Shown piece by piece: positions 9,263 to 19,203 of a stretch of DNA of 64,000 bases. The translations under genes were made by a program, and so were the position numbers. The notes under the pieces are model-generated. The model did not search any database and was not told the origin of the DNA. It saw nothing but the letters and a program-made list of their open reading frames with translations. Source of the DNA: an uncultured delta proteobacterium (lineage in GTDB: Bacteria > Myxococcota > Kuafuiibacteriia > Kuafuiibacteriales > Kuafuiibacteriaceae); assembly GCA_963803435.1 (NCBI GenBank), contig CAWDML010000007.1, positions 480,001 through 544,000 of the forward strand. The letters run 5' to 3'. Position 1 is the first letter of the stretch. Each line of letters starts with the position of its first letter.

Positions 9263-11809
9263 TCAGAAGGTCGTGCACGCCTGCGAGCTGGGGAGGTAAG
9301 TGTCGATCGGCGTGACCGTACAGTTCCCGGAGTTCGTGAACACGACGGTCGCCACCCGCCAGAAGTCGTTCGTGGTGCAGTCTCCTGCGTCGTTCCCCGA
9401 GAGCGCGGCCGAGGTGACGGAGTACGTGGGGCTGACCACGCCCCCGCAATAGATGTCGAGGGTGGCGTTGCGTCCGGCGGCGGCGGCGAAGCTGTGGACG
9501 CCGATCGTGTACGGCTGTCCGATCACCACCGTGCTGACCCGTGTGTTCTCCGGCCCGTTCGCGAACGTGTTGTCGAAGTCGAGCTGCGGGTTCGGACCCT
9601 GCCCCGCCGGGAAGGCGGGATCCCAGATCGGGCTGAGGTTCGAGTAGTAGCAGTCGTCGGTCCCCGAGAACCACGGCGTCGGCAGCTGGTCGTGGAGGTG
9701 GAGATCGACGTCGCCCGAGCCGTTCCAGGTGAGCGTGACCACCAGGCCCTCGCCCTGTGCCACCACGTGCGTGGTGCAGAAGTTGGTCCGTCCCTGGTCG
9801 TCGAACACCTCGACCAGGAGGTCGTAGTTCCCGACGATGTAGGGGAGGAAGTCCTCGGTGGGGGCGTCGGGCGGATCCGGCGACCACTGGTTGGGCGTCC
9901 CCACCCCGCCGGTGGGCGCCGAGCCGATCGTCCATTGATAGCCGGTGATGTTCGCACCCAGCACCTGGGCCATCACGCTCAGCGTCACGGGCGTACCGAC
10001 GGGCGTGGTCACCTGGGCCGGACACGTGATGTCGAGCAGCGGCTCGCCGATCCCCACGATCGGGACAGTCGGGTTCGAGTCACGCGGATCCGAGACGTAG
10101 TAGCCGAGCGTGGCGCGGTCCAGCGAGACACGGCTCGGAGTGTAGCGGATGGGAACGTCGTGCATCTCCCCGGGCGCCAGCAGGATGCCGGTCTCGGGGC
10201 CGTTCACGAGCTCGTACGCGTTGGTGGCGGTCGCGATCGGTTCGACGAAGTCGATGTCGTTGAACAGGCAGACGTCCGTCCCGATGTTCTCGATCGATAC
10301 GCTCTGCGTCGGGGTCTCGTTCAGCGGAACAGCGCCGAACTGGACCATCGCTGGCAGGACGCGATGCGCGCAGGGAGGAAGATCCACGCCTTCGCCGGTG
10401 AGCGTCACCGACGGCATCGGGTTCGCAGAGTCGTTGGTCGCGAACACGAGCGTCGACGCCATCAGGCCGATCGACTGGGGAGCGAACGTCTCCTCCACCA
10501 CCTGGACACCGCCGGGCGGCACGATGAACGAGACCTGATCGGCCCTGAATGCTCCGGTCATCGCGACGTCCGGATCGACGGTGCTGACCACCAGCTCCTC
10601 GAGCCCATCGTTGATCACGACGACGCGGTGGGTGCTGGTGGTGTTGAGCGCCACCATCCCGAAGTCGATGACATCGGGGAGGATGCTCACCGCGGGCCCT
10701 CCGGAGCGACCGGTGAGCGCGACGTTCACCACGTCGAGGGCGCCGAACATCGGATCGGCAGACTCAATCTCGATCGCGCCCATGGGGGTCGCGCCGCTGT
10801 CGTACGCCTCCTGCGTCGCCGAGAAGGCCACCTCGATGTCGGTGCTCTCGCCAGGCTCGAGCGCGATCGGGAGCGGCGGCGGCGTCAGGCGGTACGCGGA
10901 GTCCGTCGCCAGCGTGAGCCCGACGTCGTTGATCATGATGGCGGCCGACGCCACGTTCTTGCAGGTGGTCGACAGCCGCCGCGTGGTGCCGGGGCTGACG
11001 GAGCCGAAGTCGATCACGTCGGGCGTGCACACCAGCGCGAAGCTGGTGCCGCGACCGATGAGCGTGATCGGCTTCTCGCAGAGATCGGACTCGCAGTTGG
11101 AGAGGTAGAAGCGGGCGCGGTCCGTCTGATCCGCGGTCGTTGGTCGATAGATCACCGGGAGCGTGAGCGACTCACCCGGCGCCAGCTCGCCGAGCGATCG
11201 ATCGGGCGCCACCGGCGCGGTCACCGCGAAGAGATCGGTCCCCTGCGGGGCTTCGATCTCCACGGCGCCCCGCGCGACGCGCGTCGTGACCCGCACCGTC
11301 TCGGTGAGCGCGTTCGTGACTTTGACCTGGATGGTATCGCTCGAGCCGGTGAGCACCGTGCCGAAGTCCACCGGGTTCGGATCCACGATCAGCCCCGACG
11401 CCACGCCCAGGCCCATCAGCGTGAGGGTGATCGGCTCCTCATCCGTCTTCAGCACCAGCTCGGTCTGGTACGGCTCGTCCGCCGCCTCGAAGGGACGGAA
11501 GCCCAGCTCGAGCTGCGTCATCCCGCCGGGCTGAACCGTGAAGCCCGAGGTGTCGACGCGGAACTCGTAGCGATCGCCGGACAGCGTGCCGTCCACATCG
11601 ATCCGCTCGATCTGCATCGAGGTGCCGCCCACGTTCGAGATGGGAAGACGCACCGTCTTCAGGATGCCCACCTGCACGGCGCCGAAGTCGACCGTGCGCT
11701 CGAGGTCGAGCTCGCCCTTCAGCCGGGAGAGAGATCCGTCGTCACATCCGAAGACGAGCGGCGACGCGAGGATCGGAATGAGGGCGAGTAGGCGCGGAAG
11801 AAGGCGCAT
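9263..11809 (-). CDS. choice-of-anchor D (ASH/Ig-like repeat) lipoprotein with C-terminal YfaP/DUF2135-like domain
   Basis: Lipobox LVFGC; five repeats starting (V/I)(D/Q)FGxV; LTWNGSGDVDLHL and NGPEN motifs. Confidence 0.75.
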   Translation of the reverse strand: MRLLPRLLALIPILASPLVFGCDDGSLSRLKGELDLERTVDFGAVQVGILKTVRLPISNVGGTSMQIERIDVDGTLSGDRYEFRVDTSGFTVQPGGMTQLELGFRPFEAADEPYQTELVLKTDEEPITLTLMGLGVASGLIVDPNPVDFGTVLTGSSDTIQVKVTNALTETVRVTTRVARGAVEIEAPQGTDLFAVTAPVAPDRSLGELAPGESLTLPVIYRPTTADQTDRARFYLSNCESDLCEKPITLIGRGTSFALVCTPDVIDFGSVSPGTTRRLSTTCKNVASAAIMINDVGLTLATDSAYRLTPPPLPIALEPGESTDIEVAFSATQEAYDSGATPMGAIEIESADPMFGALDVVNVALTGRSGGPAVSILPDVIDFGMVALNTTSTHRVVVINDGLEELVVSTVDPDVAMTGAFRADQVSFIVPPGGVQVVEETFAPQSIGLMASTLVFATNDSANPMPSVTLTGEGVDLPPCAHRVLPAMVQFGAVPLNETPTQSVSIENIGTDVCLFNDIDFVEPIATATNAYELVNGPETGILLAPGEMHDVPIRYTPSRVSLDRATLGYYVSDPRDSNPTVPIVGIGEPLLDITCPAQVTTPVGTPVTLSVMAQVLGANITGYQWTIGSAPTGGVGTPNQWSPDPPDAPTEDFLPYIVGNYDLLVEVFDDQGRTNFCTTHVVAQGEGLVVTLTWNGSGDVDLHLHDQLPTPWFSGTDDCYYSNLSPIWDPAFPAGQGPNPQLDFDNTFANGPENTRVSTVVIGQPYTIGVHSFAAAAGRNATLDIYCGGVVSPTYSVTSAALSGNDAGDCTTNDFWRVATVVFTNSGNCTVTPIDTYLPSSQACTTF

Positions 11810-11886
11810 TCCACATAGTAGCGTACATCGGTGCCAGGGATCGAACCGACAGGTTGCGGGCGCACTGACCCTCGGTCCATGGCCGT

Positions 11887-14175
11887 TCAGGCTGCGTGGA
11901 CGGCGATCGACAGCCCGAGACGCTCCCGCAGAAGAACGTGATCCTCGCTCAACGTGAAGCGGGCCAGCGCCTCGGCGTGCGAGCAGTCGGTGGCCGCCGC
12001 GTCCTGCGCCACCAGCATCGCCGCCCGGCAGGCCGTGTGGTGCGCGCCGTCGATGAACTCCGCCAAACGACCGAGGTCTCCCCGCTCCAGGGCTTCGTGG
12101 ACCGCGGGCAACAATGCCGCCCTCGCCTCCGCTGACAGGTTCCGGGCCAGCGCCTTCTTCCATGCCTTGGTCTGGGGCCGGGAGGCCACCACCGCGGACC
12201 CGCACGCCAGCTCGCAGGCGGCCTCCAGCGCTGCGCGGAGCGCGTCGGGCGCCAGCGCGAATGCGGGCGCGATCTCCGGCCGCACCGTCGCCAGCTCGCG
12301 CGCGATCGTCCACCGCAGGCGGCTCGGCTTCACCGCTTCGAAGGACGCGTTCCGCTCGCCGACGAACAGCACCGGCGGCGAGCCTGCGCAGAGGCGCGGC
12401 GCCTCGGTGCTCCCGGGACGGTGGTACTGGTCGACCTCGTCCACCGCGAGCGCGCCGGAGAGCCCCGAGCACACGTCGACGAACAGCAGGCGGGCACGTG
12501 CATCCTTGGCCGGCTCATCGAGCTGGACCTTCTCCCGCTTCTTGAGGCGGAGCGCCTTCTGAGCGTCCGCGAACAGATCGGGGGCGCCGCGATAGAGGAT
12601 ACGGCAGATCTCGGCGAGCGGGCTCCGGCAGTCCGGATGGAGGACGCGGTCGCGCCAGAGCTCGTCCGTGAGGGCGCCCGCGGCAGCCTTGGGCGCGCGC
12701 TTGAGGAGCAGCTGGTACGCCTCCTTCTCGATGTCCGTGGCAGCGCCCAGGACGATCAGCGCTCCGAGGGCGCAGAACGCGCGATCGAGCTGATCCAGCC
12801 CGGAGTAGAGCTCGAAGAGCCGCCGTGCGGGCGTGGCGGGGTCGGCCGAGGTCCCCAGCAGCCGGTGATAGATCGAGATCGCCAGCGGCACGGTCTCACG
12901 ACGCTCCGCGTAGATCTCGGCGAGGACATGCGCGATCTGCTCATCGCCAGGCTCGGCGCGGGCGACCGCCTGATACGCGATCCGCGCCGCGCTCCAGCTG
13001 CGAAGGCGCTTCCGATAGAGCCCGCCGAGCGAGCGCCACAGGATCGAACGCGCACGACCCTGTTGCTTCGGGATCCGCTTGATCATGCGACGGTAGTTGG
13101 CGGCGAGCGCCTGCCAGTCGCGAGACTTGAACAGGATCTGCTCGATCTCCTGGAACGCGTCGATGAACGCCGGGTCCTCATCGAGCGCGAGGTTCAGTTG
13201 CTCGACCACTCGGACGTGGTCGTCCTCCTGAAACCAGGAGCGGGCCAGCTCCACGAAGTGCTCGCGGCGCACCTCCGAGCCGGTGAGGTGCGGGGTGAGT
13301 GCAGTGAGTATGTCGATCTTCGCCCGGATCTGCCCCGTGTGATCGTACAGATCCGCGAGCGCGCGCAGCACCCCGGTGTCGTGAGGACGGAGACGGCGCG
13401 CTTCGTCGAAGACCTCGATGCTGCGGGCCGCGTCATGCAGATTGTCGCGACAGAGGCGCGCCTGATCGATCAGCCGCTCGAAGCGATCCGCGCCGGTGTA
13501 GTCGCGGAGCAGGCGGGCCCGAGCTTCGAACGCGGCCTCCCACTCACCAAAGGTCTCGGCGAGCTCCGCCCGGCGGCGGAGCGCCGGGGGGTGATCGGCG
13601 TCGAGATCGAGGGCACGGCGGTACCAATCGTAGGCGCGCCGGTGCTGGAAGAGGTTGAGAGCGATCTCGCCGAGCTGGAACTCGAGCTCGACCACCTCGG
13701 CTTCGGTCAACTCGTCGGCATGGTGGATCAGGATCGTCTGGATGGACTGTCGCGCCTCCTCCCATTTCTCGGCGCGGAGCAGCGCCGAGGCGAGCCCCTC
13801 GAGCGCCGGAAAGTACTCGCCGTCGAGCCGGCAGCTACTGCGGTAGTGGGCCAGGGCCGTGCGCGGATCGCCGCGCTTCTCGGCGAGGTACGCCAGCCGG
13901 TAGTGAAGGCGCGCGCGCTCGGCCGCATGGGTGTCGCGCTCGAGCCCGTCATCGATGCGCTCCAGCTGCGCGATCAGCCGCTCGAACACGAAGCAGGCCT
14001 CGGCGGCCCGACCCTCGGCGAAGTGGCGTTCGCCCCGCTCCCTGAGCGCGTCGAGGTCGGGCGGCGGCTCGGGCGCTTGCCAGGTCCGGTCGACGGCCTC
14101 GCCCCAATCGGCGGTGAGAGCGCGGACGCCGCTGGTCGCGCGGGTGAGGATGGGGTCGATCTCGAGCGCAATCAT
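11887..14175 (-). CDS. tetratricopeptide repeat protein, myxobacterial type
   Basis: Many TPR-like helices (YRRALDLDADHPPAL, LNLALDEDPAFIDAF). Confidence 0.75.
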   Translation of the reverse strand: MIALEIDPILTRATSGVRALTADWGEAVDRTWQAPEPPPDLDALRERGERHFAEGRAAEACFVFERLIAQLERIDDGLERDTHAAERARLHYRLAYLAEKRGDPRTALAHYRSSCRLDGEYFPALEGLASALLRAEKWEEARQSIQTILIHHADELTEAEVVELEFQLGEIALNLFQHRRAYDWYRRALDLDADHPPALRRRAELAETFGEWEAAFEARARLLRDYTGADRFERLIDQARLCRDNLHDAARSIEVFDEARRLRPHDTGVLRALADLYDHTGQIRAKIDILTALTPHLTGSEVRREHFVELARSWFQEDDHVRVVEQLNLALDEDPAFIDAFQEIEQILFKSRDWQALAANYRRMIKRIPKQQGRARSILWRSLGGLYRKRLRSWSAARIAYQAVARAEPGDEQIAHVLAEIYAERRETVPLAISIYHRLLGTSADPATPARRLFELYSGLDQLDRAFCALGALIVLGAATDIEKEAYQLLLKRAPKAAAGALTDELWRDRVLHPDCRSPLAEICRILYRGAPDLFADAQKALRLKKREKVQLDEPAKDARARLLFVDVCSGLSGALAVDEVDQYHRPGSTEAPRLCAGSPPVLFVGERNASFEAVKPSRLRWTIARELATVRPEIAPAFALAPDALRAALEAACELACGSAVVASRPQTKAWKKALARNLSAEARAALLPAVHEALERGDLGRLAEFIDGAHHTACRAAMLVAQDAAATDCSHAEALARFTLSEDHVLLRERLGLSIAVHAA

Positions 14176-14343
14176 CGGGCTTCCGGGGCCCGTGCAAGGC
14201 AAGAGCTGAGCCAGCCCCCACCCCGCAGGGCGCGCCGCGGGATCGGGCGCTCGGTGGAGGTCCGGCTGGGTAATCGTGGGACAGGTTGGGTCAACGTAGG
14301 GGGGAGGTTGACGTCGGGACGTTCGAGGCGCGATGGGCGATCA

Positions 14344-16626
14344 GTGCTGTCTTCCGGAGGGGGGACCGGCGACCTGGGCGAGGACGTCCCCGCGTCGGTG
14401 TGGACGATCGCGGTCGACCGGGCGGGATGCTGGCTCGATGGTGACCAGGACCTCCTCGAGGTGCTGGAGGTCTCGCGGGAGGACGTTCGCGGACGACTGC
14501 TGGAAGACATCGCGCCGGAGCTCGCAATGCTGCGAGCTCAGCTTGCAGAGGCGCTGCTGTCCCGGCGTCCCATCCGCGGGATCGACGTTCCACTCTCGGG
14601 ACCCGGCGCGAAGCTCTCGCACCGTCTCCTTCGCGCCAGCGTCCATCCGCTCCCGTATGGAGGCACGGCAGCGGCGACCATCGTGCTCGTCGACGTGTCG
14701 AAGGAGGAGCAGATCGCGAGCAGCCTCTCCCGCTATCGCTTGATGCAGCGGGCCACCCTCGACGCGATCTGGGAGTGGAACATCGTGACCGGCAAGTCGT
14801 GGTGGAGCAGCCGCAACTACGAGCTGCTCGGTTACGACCGCACCACGGATCCCTCGTTCGAGGCCTGGGCGCGCATGCTCCACGACGAAGATCGGCCGCG
14901 CGTGCTCGAGAAGTTTCCCGCGCTCTTCGCCAGCAACGCGAGCACGTGGCAGGACGAGTATCGCTACCACCGCTTCGACGGCCGGATCGGCATCATCGAC
15001 GACCGGGGCTACCTCGAGCGCGACGAGAACGGCGCCCCGCTGAGAATGATCGGCGTGATGCGAGACGTGACCGAAGAGCGCGCCGCAGAGCATGCGTTGA
15101 GAGAGAGCGAGGAGCGCTTCCGACAGATCGCCGAGACGATCCAGGAGGTGTTCTGGATGTGCGATCTGACGACGGGACAGCCGATGTACGTGAGCCCCGC
15201 GTTCGAGCGAATCTCCGGTCACGCGCCCGAGACCATCACCGGTCCCTTCGGTTTCCTCGAGATCATCCATCCCGACGACCGTAAGCGCGTGGCCGAGCAG
15301 CTGGCCGTGCTGGTCGTCGGCGATCCCTTCGACGAGATCTACCGCGTGGTCAGGCCCGACGGCAGCATCGCCTGGGTCCACGATCGCGCCACACCGATCG
15401 AGGACGCAACCGGACGACCGACCCGCGCCGTCGGGATCACGGTCGACATCACCGAGCAGCGGCAGCTCGAGGAGCAGCTCCTCCTGTCCCAGAAGCTGGA
15501 GAGCATCGGGAGGCTGGCCGGCGGGGTCGCCCACGACTTCAACAACCTGCTGACGGTGGTGCTGGGATGCACGACCTTTGCCATCGATCGCCTACCGGCC
15601 GACAGCCCCCTGCGGAGCGACCTCGCCAGCGTGGTCGATGCAGCCGAGCGCGCGACCAAGCTGACCAGCCAGCTGCTGACGTTCGCGCGGCGGCGCGTCA
15701 TCTCGCCCACTACGGTCAATCTCGCCGAGCTCACCCACGGGATCGAGCGCCTGCTGCGGCGGGCGATCGGGGAGAGCATCGAGCTCGAGATCCATCTCGA
15801 TCCGACTCTCGGCTTCATTCGCGCCGATCCGGGACAGATCGAACAGGTCCTCACCAACCTGACCCTCAACGCGCGCGACGCCATGCCGAACGGCGGAAAG
15901 CTCACCATCGCGGCGCGCAACACCACCATCGACGCGAACGCCGCCGCACGGGGCATCGAGCTGGTGCCCGGGGAGTACGTGACGCTGACGGTCAGCGACA
16001 CGGGCGTCGGCATCTCGCCCGAGACCCGACGCCATGTCTTCGAGCCGTTCTTCACGACCAAGGATCCCGGGCAGGGGACGGGGCTGGGGCTCGCCACCTG
16101 CTACGGGATCGTCAGGCAGGCCGCCGGCCACATCTCGGTGGAGAGCGAGCCGGGTTACGGAACGCGCTTCGAGATCCTGCTCCCGCGCATCTACGAGGTC
16201 CCCCACTCGGTCGAAGCCCGGGCGCCCATCTCCTCGAACGGCGGCGGTGAAACCGTGCTGTTCGTCGAGGACGACCACGCGCTCCGGCAGGTCGGCACCC
16301 GGATGCTGTCGCAGCACGGCTATCGCGTCCTCAGCGCAGGGAGCGGAACCGAGGCGCTGAGTCTGGTAGCCGATCATCGCGGATCGATCGACCTTCTGGT
16401 CACCGACGTCGTGATGCCGGGGATGAGCGGCGCCGAGCTGGCGGCGCGACTTCTGACAGCGCGTCCCGATCTCCGCGTGTTGTACACGTCGGGCTACGCA
16501 GAGAGCGTGGTCGTGCAGCACGGTGTACCCCATCCCGGGATCTCCTTGCTGGTGAAGCCGTACGTCGAAGCGACGCTCCTCGAGAAGGTCCGGGCGACAA
16601 TCGACGCCTCGGCGACGGCACGATAG
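14344..16626 (+). CDS. PAS/PAC hybrid sensor histidine kinase-response regulator
   Basis: PAS/PAC repeats, H-box GGVAHDFNNLL, N-box NLTLNARDAM, FEPFFTTK, GTGLGL, receiver LLVTDVVMPGMSG; start uncertain. Confidence 0.9.
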   Translation: MLSSGGGTGDLGEDVPASVWTIAVDRAGCWLDGDQDLLEVLEVSREDVRGRLLEDIAPELAMLRAQLAEALLSRRPIRGIDVPLSGPGAKLSHRLLRASVHPLPYGGTAAATIVLVDVSKEEQIASSLSRYRLMQRATLDAIWEWNIVTGKSWWSSRNYELLGYDRTTDPSFEAWARMLHDEDRPRVLEKFPALFASNASTWQDEYRYHRFDGRIGIIDDRGYLERDENGAPLRMIGVMRDVTEERAAEHALRESEERFRQIAETIQEVFWMCDLTTGQPMYVSPAFERISGHAPETITGPFGFLEIIHPDDRKRVAEQLAVLVVGDPFDEIYRVVRPDGSIAWVHDRATPIEDATGRPTRAVGITVDITEQRQLEEQLLLSQKLESIGRLAGGVAHDFNNLLTVVLGCTTFAIDRLPADSPLRSDLASVVDAAERATKLTSQLLTFARRRVISPTTVNLAELTHGIERLLRRAIGESIELEIHLDPTLGFIRADPGQIEQVLTNLTLNARDAMPNGGKLTIAARNTTIDANAAARGIELVPGEYVTLTVSDTGVGISPETRRHVFEPFFTTKDPGQGTGLGLATCYGIVRQAAGHISVESEPGYGTRFEILLPRIYEVPHSVEARAPISSNGGGETVLFVEDDHALRQVGTRMLSQHGYRVLSAGSGTEALSLVADHRGSIDLLVTDVVMPGMSGAELAARLLTARPDLRVLYTSGYAESVVVQHGVPHPGISLLVKPYVEATLLEKVRATIDASATAR

Positions 16627-16635
16627 ACTCGAACG

Positions 16636-17457
16636 ATGCGCGCATTCTCCGTCGCCACTCTCGCGATCGCGGTCGCCGCGATCCTGCCCGCTCGCCCAGC
16701 ACACGCGCACCTCGCGCTCTCGCAACCGGCCAGCCGCTACGGACCGAGCATTCTCAAGACGGGACCGTGCGGCATGGCAGGCGGACAGCGCAGCCAGAAC
16801 GTCGCCGTCTTCGAGGCCGGTGAGACGATCGAGGTGGTCTGGGACGAATACGTGAACCACCCGGGTCACTTCCGCGTCTCCTTCGACGACGACGGCGACG
16901 ACGACTTCGTCGATCCTCCCTGCCTCGCCAACTGCAACAGCACCAACCCGACGATCGAGTTCTACTCGGCACCGAGCGTCTTGATGGATCAGATCCCCGA
17001 CACCGCCGGCGGCGGCGAGACCCACCTCATGGTGACGCTGCCGAACGTCGTCTGCGACAACTGCACGCTGCAGGCGATCCAGGTCATGTACGACAAGCCG
17101 CCGTACACGCTGCCCGGCAACGACATCTACTATCAGTGCGCCGACCTGATCCTGGTCGCGCCGGGCGGCGGTGACGCCGGCGTCGCTGACGGCGGCATGG
17201 ACACGCCCGACGCCGGACCGCCCGCCGACGCGGGCGCCGAAGTCGACGCGGGCAGCCCGATGGATGCCCAACCCGGCGTCGACACGGGCACCCCGGACAC
17301 CGGCGCTCCTCGGCCCGACGCCGGCTTCGCGGATACGGGCGCCGGCGGCAACGACGACGGAGGCGGCTGCGCCTGCGTCTCGCCGGCGACCGGTGCCACG
17401 GGCTGGCTGCTGCTCCCCGCCCTGCTCGGCCTGCTCGGGTGGCGCAAGCGCCGCTAG
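16636..17457 (+). CDS. SCE4755-family polysaccharide-monooxygenase-like protein with MYXO-CTERM
   Basis: Signal peptide AHA|H leaving His1, KTGPCG, NHPGHFR, CTLQAIQVM, YYQCAD; C-terminal GGGCAC + TM + RKRR. Confidence 0.8.
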   Translation: MRAFSVATLAIAVAAILPARPAHAHLALSQPASRYGPSILKTGPCGMAGGQRSQNVAVFEAGETIEVVWDEYVNHPGHFRVSFDDDGDDDFVDPPCLANCNSTNPTIEFYSAPSVLMDQIPDTAGGGETHLMVTLPNVVCDNCTLQAIQVMYDKPPYTLPGNDIYYQCADLILVAPGGGDAGVADGGMDTPDAGPPADAGAEVDAGSPMDAQPGVDTGTPDTGAPRPDAGFADTGAGGNDDGGGCACVSPATGATGWLLLPALLGLLGWRKRR

Positions 17458-17486
17458 GAGCGTGTAGCGCGTAGCGCGACCGCGAG

Positions 17487-17522
17487 CCCGGTCCGGGTCC
17501 CGGTCCCGGTCCCGGTCCCGAT
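17487..17522 (+). repeat. 6 x hexamer array (CCCGGT/CCGGGT)
   Basis: cccggt ccgggt cccggt cccggt cccggt cccgat. Confidence 0.95.
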
Positions 17523-17528
17523 GGCGAT

Positions 17529-17799
17529 CATGCAGCCCGGCGTTTTCGGTGCCAGAGCGAAGTGCCATCCGGTAGAAGCGAGCCTTCTCAGGTGGATTGA
17601 ACTCTCCGGCGCCCTCGGCGGTGTTGTTCACGATGGAATCGGATGCCCGCCGAAGCTGATCGCGGACGTGAGCGTGACCGGGTTGCAGTTCTTGTGCGAT
17701 CTCTTCAGCGATGTCGGCATACTCGACGGCGAGCTGGTAGACCTCGAGCTTCTCGTGATCGAAGTGACCATGCAAGCTAGCTTGCGGTAGCTCGTCCAC
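17529..17799 (-). pseudogene. four-helix-bundle protein (TIGR02436 / 23S rRNA IVP-like), C-terminal part deleted
   Basis: FDHEKLEVYQLA...DQLRRASDSIVNNTAEGAG...EKARFYRMALRSGTE; 124 bp missing at 17543/17544 relative to the copy at 34918-35073. Confidence 0.85.
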
Positions 17800-17982
17800 T
17801 TTGACCAGCAGAAGTTCTTGGAGGTCGTTTTGTCTGGAATCGATCGTTGGGCGGATCGACTTCGACGCCTGGACTTGATCCCATGGTTTCGTTGCGAAGC
17901 AATACCGTTCTTGGACTCCGAGACAATCGTTCTTGCTCCCGCCGTCCCCAAACCTCCGGACCGTTCCGCGTTTCCTGTTTCG

Positions 17983-18005
17983 CTCGTTCTGCTCATTCGC
18001 TATTC
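17983..18005 (+). repeat. left arm of internal imperfect inverted repeat
   Basis: CTCGTTCTGCTCATTCGCTATTC matches the reverse complement of 18808-18829 at 21/23 positions. Confidence 0.7.
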
Positions 18006-18053
18006 AAAGCGGCCGTTGTTGCATCGTGCTCGATCGAGTGTTCTGCAGAGTCG

Positions 18054-18755
18054 ATGCAGGCAAGATTCGCAAGTCTTCCGGACGCCCTGTGGAAACGCAT
18101 TGAGCCGTTACTCGCGAAGCGAGGTCCAAGGCCGCGGGGAGGTCGCCCGCGGGTTGCGGATCGCGTCGTGATGGCAGGTATCGTCTATCGCCTTCGGACA
18201 GGGTGCCAGTGGAAGGCCCTGCCGCGCGAGTTCAGCTCCGGTTCGACGTGCCACAGTCGATTCGCGGCATGGTGCGCAGCAGGGATCTTCACCGCGATCT
18301 TCGCTGAGCTGCTGCGGTACTACGACAGGAGGCGCGGCATACAGTGGAAGTGGACTTCACTCGACAGCGCGATCGTCAAGGCTCCAAAAGGGGGGACCTG
18401 ACCGGTCCGAACCCGACGGATCGAGCCAAGCGAGGCGTGAAGCGTCACGTGCTCACGGATGGTCGTGGTGTTCCGTTGGCGGTCGAGATCTCAGGCGCGA
18501 ACGTGCACGACAAGTGGCGGGTGGAGCAGACGCTCGACGGCGTCGTCCTACGGGGCTCCCGCGGTCCACGACGGCCGGAGCACCTCTGCCTGGATAAAGG
18601 CTACGACTACGCGGATGTCGAGGCCGCCATTCGAGCGCGCCGGATCAAACCGCCTATCCGCCGCCGCGGCGAGCCTGCACTCGCTGGCTGTGTCCGCGGT
18701 AGGCCGCGGCGCTGGGTTGTCGAGCGCACGAACGCTTGGCACAACCAGTTCCGCT
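18054..18755 (+). mobile_element. IS5-family transposase, two ORFs joined by a -1 frameshift, 3'-truncated
   Basis: ORF A LWKRIEPLL...GGRPR...LRTGCQWKALP...LDSAIVKAPKGG; slippery AAAAGGGGGG at 18386-18395; ORF B GVKRHVLTDGRGVPLA, LDKGYD, RRWVVERTNAWHNQFR, then breaks off. Confidence 0.9.
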
Positions 18756-18798
18756 TCGCAAACTTGAGCAGTCGTTCTGCGATGTCATCGCCCTTCAT
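18756..18798 (-). pseudogene. N-terminal stub of a second four-helix-bundle protein
   Basis: MKGDDIAERLLKFA resembles the start of TIGR02436-type proteins; abuts the truncated IS5 transposase. Confidence 0.55.
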
Positions 18799-18807
18799 CG
18801 CCGGATC

Positions 18808-18829
18808 GAACAGCGAATGACAGAACGAG
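18808..18829 (-). repeat. right arm of internal imperfect inverted repeat
   Basis: GAACAGCGAATGACAGAACGAG, reverse complement of 17983-18005. Confidence 0.7.
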
Positions 18830-18881
18830 TCGAGTAGACCCCAGCCCGCCGTACCAGACGCACGGGCCAGCAGCCCCCTAA

Positions 18882-19147
18882 GTTGTCGTAGATGAGCACG
18901 CTCAGGTGATTGTCGCCGAAGGGGTCAGCAACCAGGCACCTGATCAGCAACACCTCGTCCCGATGCTCCGTGATGTGTTCGGCAACTGCGGCGATGCTCC
19001 GCGGAAGATGACGGCAGACAACGGCTATCTGAGCGCGACCAACATCGAATTCTGCGACAGGTACGAGCCGAGTGGACGCTCGTCTGCCTCACCCACAACC
19101 TGCTCAATCTCTACCGATCGAAGCTCGCGACCGTCGCGAGCGTCTGA
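18882..19147 (+). pseudogene. IS1182-family transposase remnant with internal deletion
   Basis: VDEHAQVIVAEGVSNQAPDQQHLVPML...TADNGYLSATN joined near 19058, out of frame, to VRAEWTLVCLTHNLLNLYR...*. Confidence 0.85.
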
Positions 19148-19167
19148 CTCAATGCAGCCATCTTCAG

Positions 19168-19203
19168 ATCGGGACCCGGACCGGGACCGGGACCCGGACC
19201 GGG
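19168..19203 (-). repeat. 6 x hexamer array (ACCGGG/ACCCGG)
   Basis: atcggg acccgg accggg accggg acccgg accggg. Confidence 0.95.

Noticed and set aside
12421-14343. Long N-terminal extension of the histidine kinase (likewise 45898-48852 and 55698-58943)
   Set aside because: Stop-free antisense shadows of real opposite-strand genes, common at this GC content.
15592-17799. 735-aa four-helix-bundle ORF
   Set aside because: Only the first 85 codons are real; a 124-bp deletion shifts the frame through the hexamer array into antisense of neighbouring genes.
17529-19147. Diversity-generating retroelement or 23S rRNA intervening sequence, suggested by the Avd/IVP-like fold
   Set aside because: No reverse transcriptase, no TR/VR pair differing at adenines and no rRNA sequence in the window.
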